A program made the position numbers and the translations under genes. Below are positions 19,376-28,767 of a stretch of DNA of 48,938 bases, one piece after another (position 1 is the stretch's first letter; each line of letters begins with the position of its first letter). The notes under the pieces were generated by a model, which saw only the letters and a list, made by a program, of their open reading frames with translations, did not search any database and was not told the origin of the DNA. The stretch is from Eubacteriales bacterium (lineage in GTDB: Bacteria > Bacillota > Clostridia > Oscillospirales > UBA644): positions 1 through 48,938 of the forward strand of contig JAZRUJ010000065.1 in assembly GCA_045652445.1 (NCBI GenBank). Direction: 5' to 3'.

Positions 19376-19785
19376 TCAGAAATAACCCGGGCTTCCAGGT
19401 GAATATCGGTTTCGCTGGAAAGCATGTGATGAAAAGACATGGTATACTTCAGATCCAACTCTCCCCCGTCTTCGCTCATGGTAGAGGAAATTTCCCGGGT
19501 GTTGATGTGGACGTTGATCATACGGTCGTCAGAAAGACATTCCACGGCGGGTCCTTTACGAAAATCAAACAAGACCGAATCTTCCCCGTTGTCTGCCAAG
19601 AGGCGAACGTGGTTTTTGTCTTTAAAATAAATTTTAACGTGGTCCCCAATTTCGGAGAGAATTTTTTCTCCGTCAAATTCCAGAACGTATTCTTCCTGTT
19701 CCCGACGAATGGTTCCATAGGTGAACAGGTCGGAAAAGTGTTCTCCGTCCCGGCGGGTACCCATACGAATGATAGCAGTTTTCAT
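19372..19785 (-). CDS. DUF1934-like beta-barrel protein
   Basis: Size, alternating beta-strand pattern, C-terminal GGELDLKY, position next to murI as in other Clostridia. Confidence 0.6.
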   Translation of the reverse strand: MKTAIIRMGTRRDGEHFSDLFTYGTIRREQEEYVLEFDGEKILSEIGDHVKIYFKDKNHVRLLADNGEDSVLFDFRKGPAVECLSDDRMINVHINTREISSTMSEDGGELDLKYTMSFHHMLSSETDIHLEARVISE

Positions 19786-19794
19786 GAGTTCCTT

Positions 19795-20604
19795 TCAATC
19801 GTCGGTGCGAATGGTGACTTTTTCCACCAATCCATCAATGCTCCGATTCAGGAACATTCCGGCGATGTGCGAAAAATTACTGATTTCGTCGCTGACATAG
19901 TAGCGGCGATTCCCCTCGATCTTCTCAGAAAGTTGATCGTTTTGACGTAAGACTTCCGCCAGTTCCAAGGCGGCTTCTCTGCCGGAATCAATTAAGGTGA
20001 CCCCCTCGCCGAACAAACGGCTCAACACCGGCTTTAACAGAGGATAGTGGGTACAACCGAGAATAACTGTATCCACTCCCGCGTCTTGCAAAGGTTTGAT
20101 ATATTCCCGGGCGGCAAGTTGGGTGATTTCTCCGTCCAAATATCCGTTTTCCACCAAGGGAACGAATAAAGGACAAGCCTTCGCTACCACGGAAATTTCC
20201 GGATTGATGGCGTGAATTGCGGCCTGGTAGGATCCGCTTTTGACCGTGGCACCGGTACCTAAAATACCGATCTTACGGTTTTTGGTTGCTTTGCAGGCTG
20301 CAGCGGCGGTGGGTTCAACAACCCCAACAACGGGGATTTGGGTCATTCCTTGAAGTAAAGGCAACGCAACGGAAGAAACCGTTCCACAGGCAACCAAGAC
20401 CGCTTTCAAATCTTGTTCCAATAAAAAGCGGAGATCCTGGACAGCAAACTGGCAAATGGTATCGCGGGAACGCGTTCCGTAAGGAACCCGTGCGGTGTCG
20501 CCGAAATAAACGATGTTTTCTCCCGGCAAAATCTCCATCAGTTCCCGGACGGCGGTAAGTCCGCCCAAACCGGAATCAAATACACCGATCTTGGATTCAG
20601 ACAT
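19795..20604 (-). CDS. murI: Glutamate racemase
   Basis: GVFDSGLGGLT, GDTARVPYG, ACGTVS, LGCTHYP. Confidence 0.96.
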   Translation of the reverse strand: MSESKIGVFDSGLGGLTAVRELMEILPGENIVYFGDTARVPYGTRSRDTICQFAVQDLRFLLEQDLKAVLVACGTVSSVALPLLQGMTQIPVVGVVEPTAAAACKATKNRKIGILGTGATVKSGSYQAAIHAINPEISVVAKACPLFVPLVENGYLDGEITQLAAREYIKPLQDAGVDTVILGCTHYPLLKPVLSRLFGEGVTLIDSGREAALELAEVLRQNDQLSEKIEGNRRYYVSDEISNFSHIAGMFLNRSIDGLVEKVTIRTDD

Positions 20605-21442
20605 GGGGTTCCTCCTTTTTCTTTTTTGCACCCACAACCCGTTCGATTCCACCGTAATCCCGAACCCGAATCGGATCGACAAATCCGGAAGAACAAAGAA
20701 GTTGTTCCAAAGCTTCCGCTTGACCAATGCCGCACTCAAACAGCACCGTCCCTCCCGGTTTTAGGCAGGAAGAAAAGCGGGATAAAATCATTCGATAAAA
20801 GTCCAATCCGTCTTCTCCCCCGTCCAAGGCGGTGACCGGTTCTTGCTTGACTTCTTGGGAAAGCGTCTGCAAATCTTCGGTGGGAATATAGGGTGGATTG
20901 GATAAGATCACGTCGTACCGATCGGGCAACGACAGGGTAAAAATATCACCTTGAATCAAGGTTGCCTGAGGATAAACGGCATGGGCATTTGTTTGCAACA
21001 AACCAAAGGCTTCGTCGAACTTTTCTACGAGGGTGACGTCACAGGACGTTTCCGCCCCTACCGTAAGACCGATACAACCGCTTCCGGCACAAAGATCCAA
21101 AACCCGATCTCCCGGTTGAATCCGGGAAAGGGCAGTATCCACGAGGATTTCCGTATCAAACCGGGGAATCAGCACCCCGGGAGCTACGGTAAACCGTCTG
21201 CCGTAAAAATCCGCATTCCCCGTCAAATATTGAAGCGGTTCGCCGGAACAACGCCGGGAAACCAGATGGGAAAGGCGATTGGTTTGATCTTCGGAAAGTG
21301 CGGGAAGATTGCCCGTAAGATACAAAAGCAAAAGGCGGTCGCTGGCAAGATCAATCACCGATTCCGTCAACACAGCCAATTCCCGTCGGGGGTCGTCGCA
21401 GACCGACGACAGGCGGGATTCCAACGCAACCCAAATACTCAT
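20597..21442 (-). CDS. prmC: Release factor glutamine methyltransferase
   Basis: GEPLQYL, VLIPRFDTE, LDLCAGSGCI, SNPPY, ALDGGEDGLDFY. Confidence 0.95.
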   Translation of the reverse strand: MSIWVALESRLSSVCDDPRRELAVLTESVIDLASDRLLLLYLTGNLPALSEDQTNRLSHLVSRRCSGEPLQYLTGNADFYGRRFTVAPGVLIPRFDTEILVDTALSRIQPGDRVLDLCAGSGCIGLTVGAETSCDVTLVEKFDEAFGLLQTNAHAVYPQATLIQGDIFTLSLPDRYDVILSNPPYIPTEDLQTLSQEVKQEPVTALDGGEDGLDFYRMILSRFSSCLKPGGTVLFECGIGQAEALEQLLCSSGFVDPIRVRDYGGIERVVGAKKKKEEPHV

Positions 21443-22383
21443 TTCTTTTGAGGGAAGGCAAGGGAATAATCCACTTCGCCGTTTTCGTTCGTCAAAGAGG
21501 CTTTGACAGCCACGATGGCAACTTCGATCTGCCGATCGGTGGGTTCCGCCGTCGTAATCTTCTGCAACCCTTTCCCGGGAGCAGAGACGATCCGCGTAAA
21601 CCAATTATCATGCCGCCCCGTCCATTGTTGAATTTCAAAGGTAAAGCCGGCAATGATGGGAAGACAAGCCATATGAACCAACATACGGGGAAGTCCAACA
21701 AGATTGTCTGGCAAAACAAAGGCGTGAAGCAGGGTAAAGAACAGAATAGAGAACAAAAGAACCAAGAAAATAAAACTGGTTCCGCACCGGGGATGGCACC
21801 GGGGCATACTGCGGATATTTTCCACCGTAAGTTCTTTCCCGGATTCCACCGCAAAGATGGTCTTATGCTCCGCACCGTGATAGCGGTACAGATCCTTGAC
21901 GTCTTTCATCAAAGACGTGGCAAGAATGTAGCAGATAAAAATTGCGATACGGACAATGCCTTCCAGCAAAATCTGTAACGCACGGGCTTCGGGAAACCAG
22001 GTGGTAAACAGTTCTCCCGCCATTTGGGGAAGCCACATAAACAGTCCGACTGCCAAGCCAACCCCAAGGATTACGGAAAGAGCCATAACCAGACCGGAAA
22101 CCCATTTGTTTCCCTTGGTTTCCTCTTCCAAACCTGCAAGCTCTGCAGAACGCATGAGAGCTTTGTAACCAACAATCATACTTTCCACAAAAGCCACACA
22201 CCCCCGGAGTACGGGGATGCGTAAAATCTTATATTTCTCCCGCACGGAAACCGTCGCCATTTGTTCTGTGACGATCTCTCCGTCGGGCTTGCGGACGGCA
22301 AGGACGGAACGGAGCGGGGACTTCATCATAATCCCTTCCATTACTGCCTGTCCGCCCACAGCGGCATAACGACGTTCTGACAT
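21439..22383 (-). CDS. DUF1385 membrane protein
   Basis: GGQAVMEGIMM, YHGAEHKTI, HPRCGTSF, LQKITTAEP. Confidence 0.92.
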   Translation of the reverse strand: MSERRYAAVGGQAVMEGIMMKSPLRSVLAVRKPDGEIVTEQMATVSVREKYKILRIPVLRGCVAFVESMIVGYKALMRSAELAGLEEETKGNKWVSGLVMALSVILGVGLAVGLFMWLPQMAGELFTTWFPEARALQILLEGIVRIAIFICYILATSLMKDVKDLYRYHGAEHKTIFAVESGKELTVENIRSMPRCHPRCGTSFIFLVLLFSILFFTLLHAFVLPDNLVGLPRMLVHMACLPIIAGFTFEIQQWTGRHDNWFTRIVSAPGKGLQKITTAEPTDRQIEVAIVAVKASLTNENGEVDYSLAFPQKK

Positions 22384-22399
22384 GGGTATTCCTTTTGCC

Positions 22400-24070
22400 T
22401 TATTCGGCAGAAATAATGAAATAATAGACCGGCTGTCCACCGTTGACCAACATAATGTCAACGTCGGAACCGAGGTTTTCCTGCATAATTGCCTGCATGG
22501 CTTCCGCTTCGGCTTCGGAAACGCCGTCGCCGTAGAACACCGTGACGGAATAGGCTTCTTTCGCCTTAATATCGTCACACAGATTTGCCATACATTCTTC
22601 TCTGGTGTCGGTAACATAACGGACTTTGTTTTCTACCAGACCCAGGATTTGATTTTCTTTGATTTCACGGTTATCAAACGTAGAATCATGAGCGGCAAAG
22701 GTCATGGACAGGGAGGATACCGCAGCCATGGCTTCTTTCATTGCTTCTACGTTTTCTTCTACTTCTCCGTCCGGATTAAATGCCAACATGGCACTAATTC
22801 CCTGGGGCAGAGAAACGGACCGAAGAACTTCCACGTGCTTATCTTCCACCAACAAAGCGGCCTGTGCGGCAACCATGTAGATGTTGCTGTTGTTGGGCAG
22901 AACGATAACGTTTTCCGCAGGAGTCATGCGAATGGCTTTCAACATATCTTCGGTGGAGGGGTTCATGGTCTGTCCACCGATGACCATTTGATCGGCACCA
23001 AGATCCCGGAAGACGGAAACCATACCTTCCCCGGAAGCTACGGCAACAAAGCCGTATTTCTTTTCCGGTTTGGCATCAGTGACTTCTTCGGCTGCATCGG
23101 GGGCTGCAGGAACGTCTTTTGCGGCACCGGAAGAAAGGGCGGAGTGCTGTTCTTTCATATTTTCGATCTTCACGGTTAACAGAGAGCCGAATTTCAACGC
23201 TTCGGACAACACCTTACCGGGATCGGAAGTATGCACGTGCAATTTGATGATATCGGTATCGTCCACAAAGACGGCACTGTCCCCGGCGGAAAGCACGAAC
23301 TTGTGCAGTTTTTCTGCTTTGCCTTCGCCCAGGTACTGTTCGGACTTGCCGACAATACATTCGGTGCAATAGGGGAAAACGATATCTTCGGTGTTAAACT
23401 GTTCAAAGGCGGAAGCAGGTTCTTCCCCTTCCGATTCGTTAACGTCAAGAAGAGCAACGGGCTGACCTTTCAGGTAAGCGACCATCCCTTCAAAAATAAC
23501 CACAAGACCGCGGCCGCCGGCGTCAACCAGACCTGCTTGTTTCAAAACAGGAAGCATTTCGGGGGTCTTGGCAAGGGTATCTTCCGCAACGGAAAGAACG
23601 TAGGGCAAAAATTCTTCTACTCTTCCCTTATATTCGTCAGCCTTTTCCAGGGCTTTTTCCGCAGAAACCCGCATGACGGTAAGAATGGTACCTTCCGTGG
23701 GCTTCATAACCGATTTATATGCGGCATCCACACCACGTTTGAAAGCGGCGGCAAGGTCGGGAGCGTCTACAGTTTCTTTGCCTTTACATTCCTTGGAAAT
23801 ACCGCGGAAGAACAAAGACAGGATAACGCCGGAGTTCCCTCTGGCACCGCGAAGAAGCATATTGGCAACTTTATCGGCGACCTGACTGACGTTTCCGTCA
23901 AAGTTAGGAAGGTCGCTGCGAACCGCACCCATGGTAAGGCTCATATTGATCCCGGTATCTCCGTCGGGAACAGGAAAAACATTCAGACGATTGATATTTT
24001 CCCGTTCGTTGGCTAAATTGTTTGCCCCGGAAATTACCATGTCACGGTAAGATGTTCCGTTCAAAATCAT
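22400..24070 (-). CDS. fakA: DAK2 domain protein, fatty acid kinase subunit A (YloV family)
   Basis: LNVFPVPDGDTGINM, GARGNSGVILS, KPTEGTILTV, VDAGG, YCTE, KLHVHT, GGQTMNPST, GGQPVY. Confidence 0.92.
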   Translation of the reverse strand: MILNGTSYRDMVISGANNLANERENINRLNVFPVPDGDTGINMSLTMGAVRSDLPNFDGNVSQVADKVANMLLRGARGNSGVILSLFFRGISKECKGKETVDAPDLAAAFKRGVDAAYKSVMKPTEGTILTVMRVSAEKALEKADEYKGRVEEFLPYVLSVAEDTLAKTPEMLPVLKQAGLVDAGGRGLVVIFEGMVAYLKGQPVALLDVNESEGEEPASAFEQFNTEDIVFPYCTECIVGKSEQYLGEGKAEKLHKFVLSAGDSAVFVDDTDIIKLHVHTSDPGKVLSEALKFGSLLTVKIENMKEQHSALSSGAAKDVPAAPDAAEEVTDAKPEKKYGFVAVASGEGMVSVFRDLGADQMVIGGQTMNPSTEDMLKAIRMTPAENVIVLPNNSNIYMVAAQAALLVEDKHVEVLRSVSLPQGISAMLAFNPDGEVEENVEAMKEAMAAVSSLSMTFAAHDSTFDNREIKENQILGLVENKVRYVTDTREECMANLCDDIKAKEAYSVTVFYGDGVSEAEAEAMQAIMQENLGSDVDIMLVNGGQPVYYFIISAE

Positions 24071-24101
24071 ACTCTTTTATTCCTTTTCGTTGTTTTCAAG
24101 G

Positions 24102-24452
24102 TTACTGCGTGATGACCGAATCTACGAACACGTTCACCTTATCCACGGGAAACCCGATGTAATCCGAAACGGAATAGGTGATCTTGTGAGCGATGCTCTC
24201 GGTAATGGCAGGGATATTGACACCGTACAAAACGGCGATGTGCACATCAATGCAGACCCGGTTGTTTTCACAAGAAACGTGAACGCCCTTGTCTTTCCGG
24301 TCTTTTTTCAAAAACGCCCAAATCTGTTCGGTAACGTTCTTGGCTTTCATTTCTGCAATCCCGAAGCAATCGGACGCAACGATGGAAGCGATTCCGGCGA
24401 TAACGTTATCATCAATGATGATGTTTCCGTGGTCGTTTTTCAATTTCAGCAT
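24102..24452 (-). CDS. Asp23/Gls24 family protein (YloU-like)
   Basis: GNIIIDDNVIA, CFGIAEM, YGVNI, VNVFVDSV; upstream of fakA as in yloU-yloV. Confidence 0.92.
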   Translation of the reverse strand: MLKLKNDHGNIIIDDNVIAGIASIVASDCFGIAEMKAKNVTEQIWAFLKKDRKDKGVHVSCENNRVCIDVHIAVLYGVNIPAITESIAHKITYSVSDYIGFPVDKVNVFVDSVITQ

Positions 24453-24594
24453 ATCAAACCTCCGTAATAGATCGTCTCGTAAAAGCACAAGACAAGCATT
24501 ATATTATATATAATACACTATATTCGAAGATTTTACAAGTGTTTTTCCCTTTTCGTTACTGAAATGTTCCACTTTTGTACCATTTTTCGGAAAA

Positions 24595-24900
24595 TCAGGA
24601 GAAGAGAAGCACCGCAAGGATCATCAAAATCAGCGGATCATCTTCTTTATTTTCGTTGAACAAAAGAAACAAAATTGCAATTAAAAGCAAATCATCCTCC
24701 TTAATGCGGGAGAAAAATCCGCCCAATCCCCCCGACACCGGAGCCACCGAAGAAGACACCGCTTCCACCGGAGAATCTTCCGCGTGTGCTACGGGCACGG
24801 GATTGCGGAAGGGTGCAGAACGGTGGTAGGCGGCACGGGCTTCCTGTTCGGCTTTTTCCCGGCGAAGGCTGTAGTCGGCTTCGGAAACGGAAGAATACAT
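24595..24900 (-). CDS. Small hypothetical protein with hydrophobic C-terminus (DDLLLIAILFLL)
   Basis: GAAAGGAG RBS; low-complexity N-half, two short hydrophobic segments at the C-terminus. Confidence 0.7.
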   Translation of the reverse strand: MYSSVSEADYSLRREKAEQEARAAYHRSAPFRNPVPVAHAEDSPVEAVSSSVAPVSGGLGGFFSRIKEDDLLLIAILFLLFNENKEDDPLILMILAVLLFS

Positions 24901-24913
24901 AAAAACTCCTTTC

Positions 24914-24955
24914 AAAAAAAAGAAGACCGTTCAATTTTTAGCCATTGAACGGTCC
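24914..24955 (-). terminator. Intrinsic terminator
   Basis: Minus strand GACCGTTCAAT-GGCTAAAA-ATTGAACGGTC then TTCTTTTTTT. Confidence 0.7.
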
Positions 24956-24965
24956 TTATGTTCCA

Positions 24966-25307
24966 TCAGCGTAATGCTGATAACAAATCAATGATGCGGA
25001 TTGCCTTGATGGCGTTGTCAATTTTTCCCGCCCTGGAAGACCTGAGATAGGGGCGAACCGCATTGAGAAGGGTCAAATCTCGGCTATGTGCTCCGCCGGA
25101 AAACCCGGAAAACAGGCTGACGGGATCTACCGTCCCCGCCGTTGGGAGTGCCGGCGTTTCGGGGAAAACAGGATCGCTGGAATCTACGGAATCGGAAGCG
25201 GATGCAGTAGTTCCATTTCCGGAAAGCCCCGCGGCAATTTCCCGAATTTTCTGTGCGGATTCGGGGTTACTTAAAATTTCGGAGATCTTGGAAAACAAAT
25301 CAGCCAT
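24966..25307 (-). CDS. Hypothetical protein
   Basis: GAAGGAG RBS; ISEILSNPES N-terminal helix, Ser/Pro/Gly linker, LLNAVRPYL...KIDNAIK C-terminal helices. Confidence 0.72.
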   Translation of the reverse strand: MADLFSKISEILSNPESAQKIREIAAGLSGNGTTASASDSVDSSDPVFPETPALPTAGTVDPVSLFSGFSGGAHSRDLTLLNAVRPYLRSSRAGKIDNAIKAIRIIDLLSALR

Positions 25308-25324
25308 ACCTTGCTCCTTCCCGA

Positions 25325-25585
25325 TCAATCGATCCGATTGAGAAAATCGTGAAGCAAATGTTTCCCATGGGAAGAAGACAACACTCGCTTCAACAGTTCC
25401 GGATCGTTGATCACCCGCATTACGTTTGCCCAATCTTTTTCGTTCATGTTGGCGGTGATTCCTTTCAAGGAATCCTTCTTTCGGGCAAGCCGTTCCAATT
25501 TTGCAGTATCTTCCGCCGAAAGTGCACCCCGGGCGGCGGCAACGGCACGGGAAACGGCGGCATCGTTAGGAAAATCGGACATCAT
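25325..25585 (-). CDS. Hypothetical small helical protein
   Basis: GAAAGGTG RBS; co-oriented and closely spaced with the next gene; INDPELLKRVL motif. Confidence 0.65.
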   Translation of the reverse strand: MMSDFPNDAAVSRAVAAARGALSAEDTAKLERLARKKDSLKGITANMNEKDWANVMRVINDPELLKRVLSSSHGKHLLHDFLNRID

Positions 25586-25629
25586 CGTCACACCTTTCCG
25601 TGTTATTTCATTTTCATTGTATGAACCCA

Positions 25630-25658
25630 TTGACTTTTTTGCCAATCCGCGTTATAAT
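25630..25658 (+). promoter_or_regulatory. Sigma-A promoter of the phosphoesterase / alcohol dehydrogenase genes
   Basis: TTGACT-N17-TATAAT. Confidence 0.75.
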
Positions 25659-25683
25659 AAAAGAAAAACACGGAGGAATCGGC

Positions 25684-26148
25684 TTGAAAATCCTTATTAT
25701 CTCCGACACTCACGGAGAATACGCCTCGGCGTCGCGGATCATCCGACAGGAAAAGCCCGACCACGTCATCCATCTGGGAGACTGTCTGCGGGATGCGGAA
25801 GACCTTTCCCGGGAATTTCCTATTCTACCCATATGCAAGGTGCCGGGGAATAATGACTGGTTTTCCGACGAGCCGAAAGAAAAGGTGATTTCCCTGGGCG
25901 GAACGAAGATTTTCCTCTGCCACGGGCATACCACCGGGGTAAAATCCGGAACCGATGTACAGCTGGCAAAAGCATTACATCACCACTGTGCCGTTTCTTT
26001 ATACGGACACACCCACAGACCTTTTCTGGCGGAAAATGAGGATATAATGCTCCTTAATCCCGGGTCTTTGACCTTTGGAGGAACCTACGCCGTGCTTACC
26101 TTATCTCCGGGGCAACCGCCTCAAGGAAAGATAAAAACCGATTTTTAA
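25684..26148 (+). CDS. YfcE/MJ0936 family metallophosphoesterase
   Basis: ISDTHG, HLGD, GNND, CHGH, YGHTH, NPGS; TTG start behind GGAGG. Confidence 0.92.
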   Translation: MKILIISDTHGEYASASRIIRQEKPDHVIHLGDCLRDAEDLSREFPILPICKVPGNNDWFSDEPKEKVISLGGTKIFLCHGHTTGVKSGTDVQLAKALHHHCAVSLYGHTHRPFLAENEDIMLLNPGSLTFGGTYAVLTLSPGQPPQGKIKTDF

Positions 26149-26162
26149 AAAGGAGACCAACC

Positions 26163-27332
26163 ATGCTCAACTTTGAATTTTGCAGTCCTACCCGTTTTAT
26201 TTTTGGGAAAAACACCGAGGGAAAAGCCGGGGAAATGGTAAAAAAATTCGGGGGAACGAAAGTTTTGATCCACTATGGTGGAGGTTCTGTGGTCCGCAGC
26301 GGACTTTTGGATCGGGTGAAAGAATCCCTGAAAAACGAAGGAATTGATTTTGTGGAATTGGGAGGCGTTCAGCCCAATCCCAGAAGCGGACTTGTATACC
26401 AAGGAATCGACCTGTGCCGGGAAGAAAAAGTGGACTTTATTCTGGCGGTGGGAGGCGGTTCGGTCATCGACTCAGCAAAAGCGATTGCTGCCGGCGTTTT
26501 GATGGAAGAAGATTTTTGGAATTATTGGGAAACAAAGAAACAAGTTTCTGCAGCTCTGCCCATCGGAACGGTTTTGACCATTCCCGCGGCGGGAAGTGAA
26601 TCCTCCTACAACAGCGTTATTACCAACGAAAAAACCATGGTCAAGCGGGGAACCTCCGGAGATCCTCTCCGTCCTCGGTTTTCCATTCTCAATCCGGAAC
26701 TGACCTTTACCTTACCTCAATGGCAGACCGCCAGCGGTGCTTCGGATATTATTGCCCACGTGTTGGAACGGTATTTTACCAACACTCCCGAAGTAGAAGT
26801 AACCGACCGGCTTTGTGAAGCTCTGCTTTTGACTATGGTAAAAGAAACCCCTCGAGTCATTGCCGATCCGGAAAATTACGAGGCCCGGGCAAATATAATG
26901 TGGGCGGGAGCTTTGGCACACAACAACGTGGTGGGGGTTGGCAGAGAACAAGACTGGTCCACCCACGCCATTGAGCATGAACTTTCCGCGTTGTACGACG
27001 TGACCCACGGGGCGGGACTTGCAGTGCTGTTCCCCGCATGGATGAAGTGGGCGTTGCCCCAGGACCCCAAGCGGTTTGCCACCATGGCTACCCGAATTTT
27101 TGGCATTGAAAACACCGGAGACGACACCCAAACGGGGCTTCTTGGGATTCAGGCCTGGAGAGATTTCTTTACTGCCATCGGTATGCCGGACAATCTGAAA
27201 GATTTGGGCGTAAAAGAAGAAGATCTGGACTATATGGCAAACCGACTGATGCTGAAAAAAGACGGAACAATAGGCAATTTCGTCAAACTGACTCCCGCGG
27301 ACGTGGTGGAAATTTACAAGTCTTGTTATTGA
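26163..27332 (+). CDS. Iron-containing alcohol dehydrogenase (butanol dehydrogenase/YqhD-like)
   Basis: YGGGS, QPNPR, AVGGGSVIDSAK, AAGSE, HAIEHELSALYDVTHGAGLA. Confidence 0.93.
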   Translation: MLNFEFCSPTRFIFGKNTEGKAGEMVKKFGGTKVLIHYGGGSVVRSGLLDRVKESLKNEGIDFVELGGVQPNPRSGLVYQGIDLCREEKVDFILAVGGGSVIDSAKAIAAGVLMEEDFWNYWETKKQVSAALPIGTVLTIPAAGSESSYNSVITNEKTMVKRGTSGDPLRPRFSILNPELTFTLPQWQTASGASDIIAHVLERYFTNTPEVEVTDRLCEALLLTMVKETPRVIADPENYEARANIMWAGALAHNNVVGVGREQDWSTHAIEHELSALYDVTHGAGLAVLFPAWMKWALPQDPKRFATMATRIFGIENTGDDTQTGLLGIQAWRDFFTAIGMPDNLKDLGVKEEDLDYMANRLMLKKDGTIGNFVKLTPADVVEIYKSCY

Positions 27333-27342
27333 ATATAAAAAC

Positions 27343-27384
27343 AAAAAAAGAATGCGGCAGCCTGTCGCATTCTTTTTTCTTTTT
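27343..27384 (+). terminator. Intrinsic terminator after the dehydrogenase
   Basis: AAGAATGCGGCA-GCC-TGTCGCATTCTT followed by a T run. Confidence 0.75.
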
Positions 27385-27416
27385 CGGGGAAACTGACGGT
27401 GTGAAAGGAGCTTATT

Positions 27417-27554
27417 ATGGTATTTTTTACAGAACATTTTTCCGGTTTTTTGATCATGGCGGTTACCGGAACCGGTGCAATTCTGCTCCGAATAGCGGCA
27501 GAAAAATATGCAGAAAAACAAAAAGGGAAAAATCGGAGAAAAACCTTGGAATAA
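27417..27554 (+). CDS. Small 45-aa putative membrane protein (not in ORF track)
   Basis: GAAAGGAG RBS 6 nt before ATG; MVFFTEHFSGFLIMAVTGTGAILLRIAAEKYAEKQKGKNRRKTLE*: one hydrophobic helix plus basic tail; fills the gap exactly up to the convergent dacF stop. Confidence 0.6.
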   Translation: MVFFTEHFSGFLIMAVTGTGAILLRIAAEKYAEKQKGKNRRKTLE

Positions 27555-28727
27555 TCAAGAAAACAGCCGATTTATAAATTGACCGAAATAGTCAAAATAG
27601 CCGGCTTTTTTGACCTCTTCTGTGGCAACGACGGGAACGGAATAGATCTCTTCTCCTTCAAATAAATATCGGGCAGACCCCACCACCTGCCCCACGGAAA
27701 CGGGGGCTTGCAAGGATTCTTCTACCGTAATCTCCAAAGAAATTTCAGAAGTTTTGGTTTTCTTTACAACCACGCATAAATCTCCCTCGGCGGCAACCGA
27801 AACGGCGTCGGTTTTCCCCCGAAGAACAGGAATATCCGCAAGTTCTCCCACGGTGCGGCGAACAAGGGTATATCCGGCAAAACCATAATCCAAAAGGGAG
27901 GCGGCGGAAGCAAATCTTCCTTTGCTGGTCTCTCCTCCCAAAACGACGGCGATCAGCGACATTCCGTCCCGGGTTGCGGTGGCGGAAAGGCAATGCCCGG
28001 CAGCGTCCGTATATCCGGTTTTCATACCGGTAATTCCGTCGTACGTTTTCAGCAGTTTATTGGTGTTGGCAAGACCAAATCCTCCGTCCCGCAACGTATC
28101 CATCCAGATGCCGGTATAATCCAAAATGTGGGGGTGTTTAAGCAATTCCCGAGTAAAGAGAGCTACGTCGTAAGCACAGGTATAATGATTGTCGTCGGGA
28201 AGTCCGCAGGGGTTTACAAAATTGGTGTTTTCTGCCCCCAATTCAGCGGCACGTTCGTTCATTTTTGCCACAAAAGCAGGTTCGCTTCCCGCCAAATATT
28301 CCCCCAATGCCACCGCCGCATCATTCGCAGAATTAACGGCAACGGATTTTAGCAGATCCCGGAGAGTCATGGTCTCCCCTACCTCCAGATAAATCTGAGT
28401 TCCGCCGTAAGAACAGGCATTTTCCGAAGCGGTTACCGGATCATCCTCGGTTGCTGCCCCGGAATCCAAAGCTTCCATCACCAAAAGCATGGTCATTACT
28501 TTTGTCACGCTGGCGGGATAAAGCCGATCTTTGCTTTGAGCTTCGTATAAAACCGTTCCCGTCTCGGCCTCCATGAGAATTGCCCCCTTGGCATCCAGAT
28601 TCAACTCTCCTGAAGCGGCAACGGATCCCCCCACCGCCCCCGCAGGCACTTCTGCGGCAGAAAATGCCCCTGCAAGACCAAACAAGAAAACTCCCATCAG
28701 AACCAGGCAAACAAGCCGTTTGAACAT
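27555..28727 (-). CDS. D-alanyl-D-alanine carboxypeptidase (S11, DacF/DacB-like)
   Basis: Signal peptide, PASVTK (SxxK), SAN (SxN), KTG, C-terminal amphipathic helix. Confidence 0.93.
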   Translation of the reverse strand: MFKRLVCLVLMGVFLFGLAGAFSAAEVPAGAVGGSVAASGELNLDAKGAILMEAETGTVLYEAQSKDRLYPASVTKVMTMLLVMEALDSGAATEDDPVTASENACSYGGTQIYLEVGETMTLRDLLKSVAVNSANDAAVALGEYLAGSEPAFVAKMNERAAELGAENTNFVNPCGLPDDNHYTCAYDVALFTRELLKHPHILDYTGIWMDTLRDGGFGLANTNKLLKTYDGITGMKTGYTDAAGHCLSATATRDGMSLIAVVLGGETSKGRFASAASLLDYGFAGYTLVRRTVGELADIPVLRGKTDAVSVAAEGDLCVVVKKTKTSEISLEITVEESLQAPVSVGQVVGSARYLFEGEEIYSVPVVATEEVKKAGYFDYFGQFINRLFS

Positions 28728-28767
28728 AATTCATTCCTCTCTTTGTCAAAAAAAATATCCTCATCTC

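Noticed and set aside
20604-22617. Long apparent overlaps among the murI, prmC and DUF1385 ORFs
   Set aside because: Artefact of longest-ORF start calling; true starts give ordinary 4-8 nt stop/start overlaps
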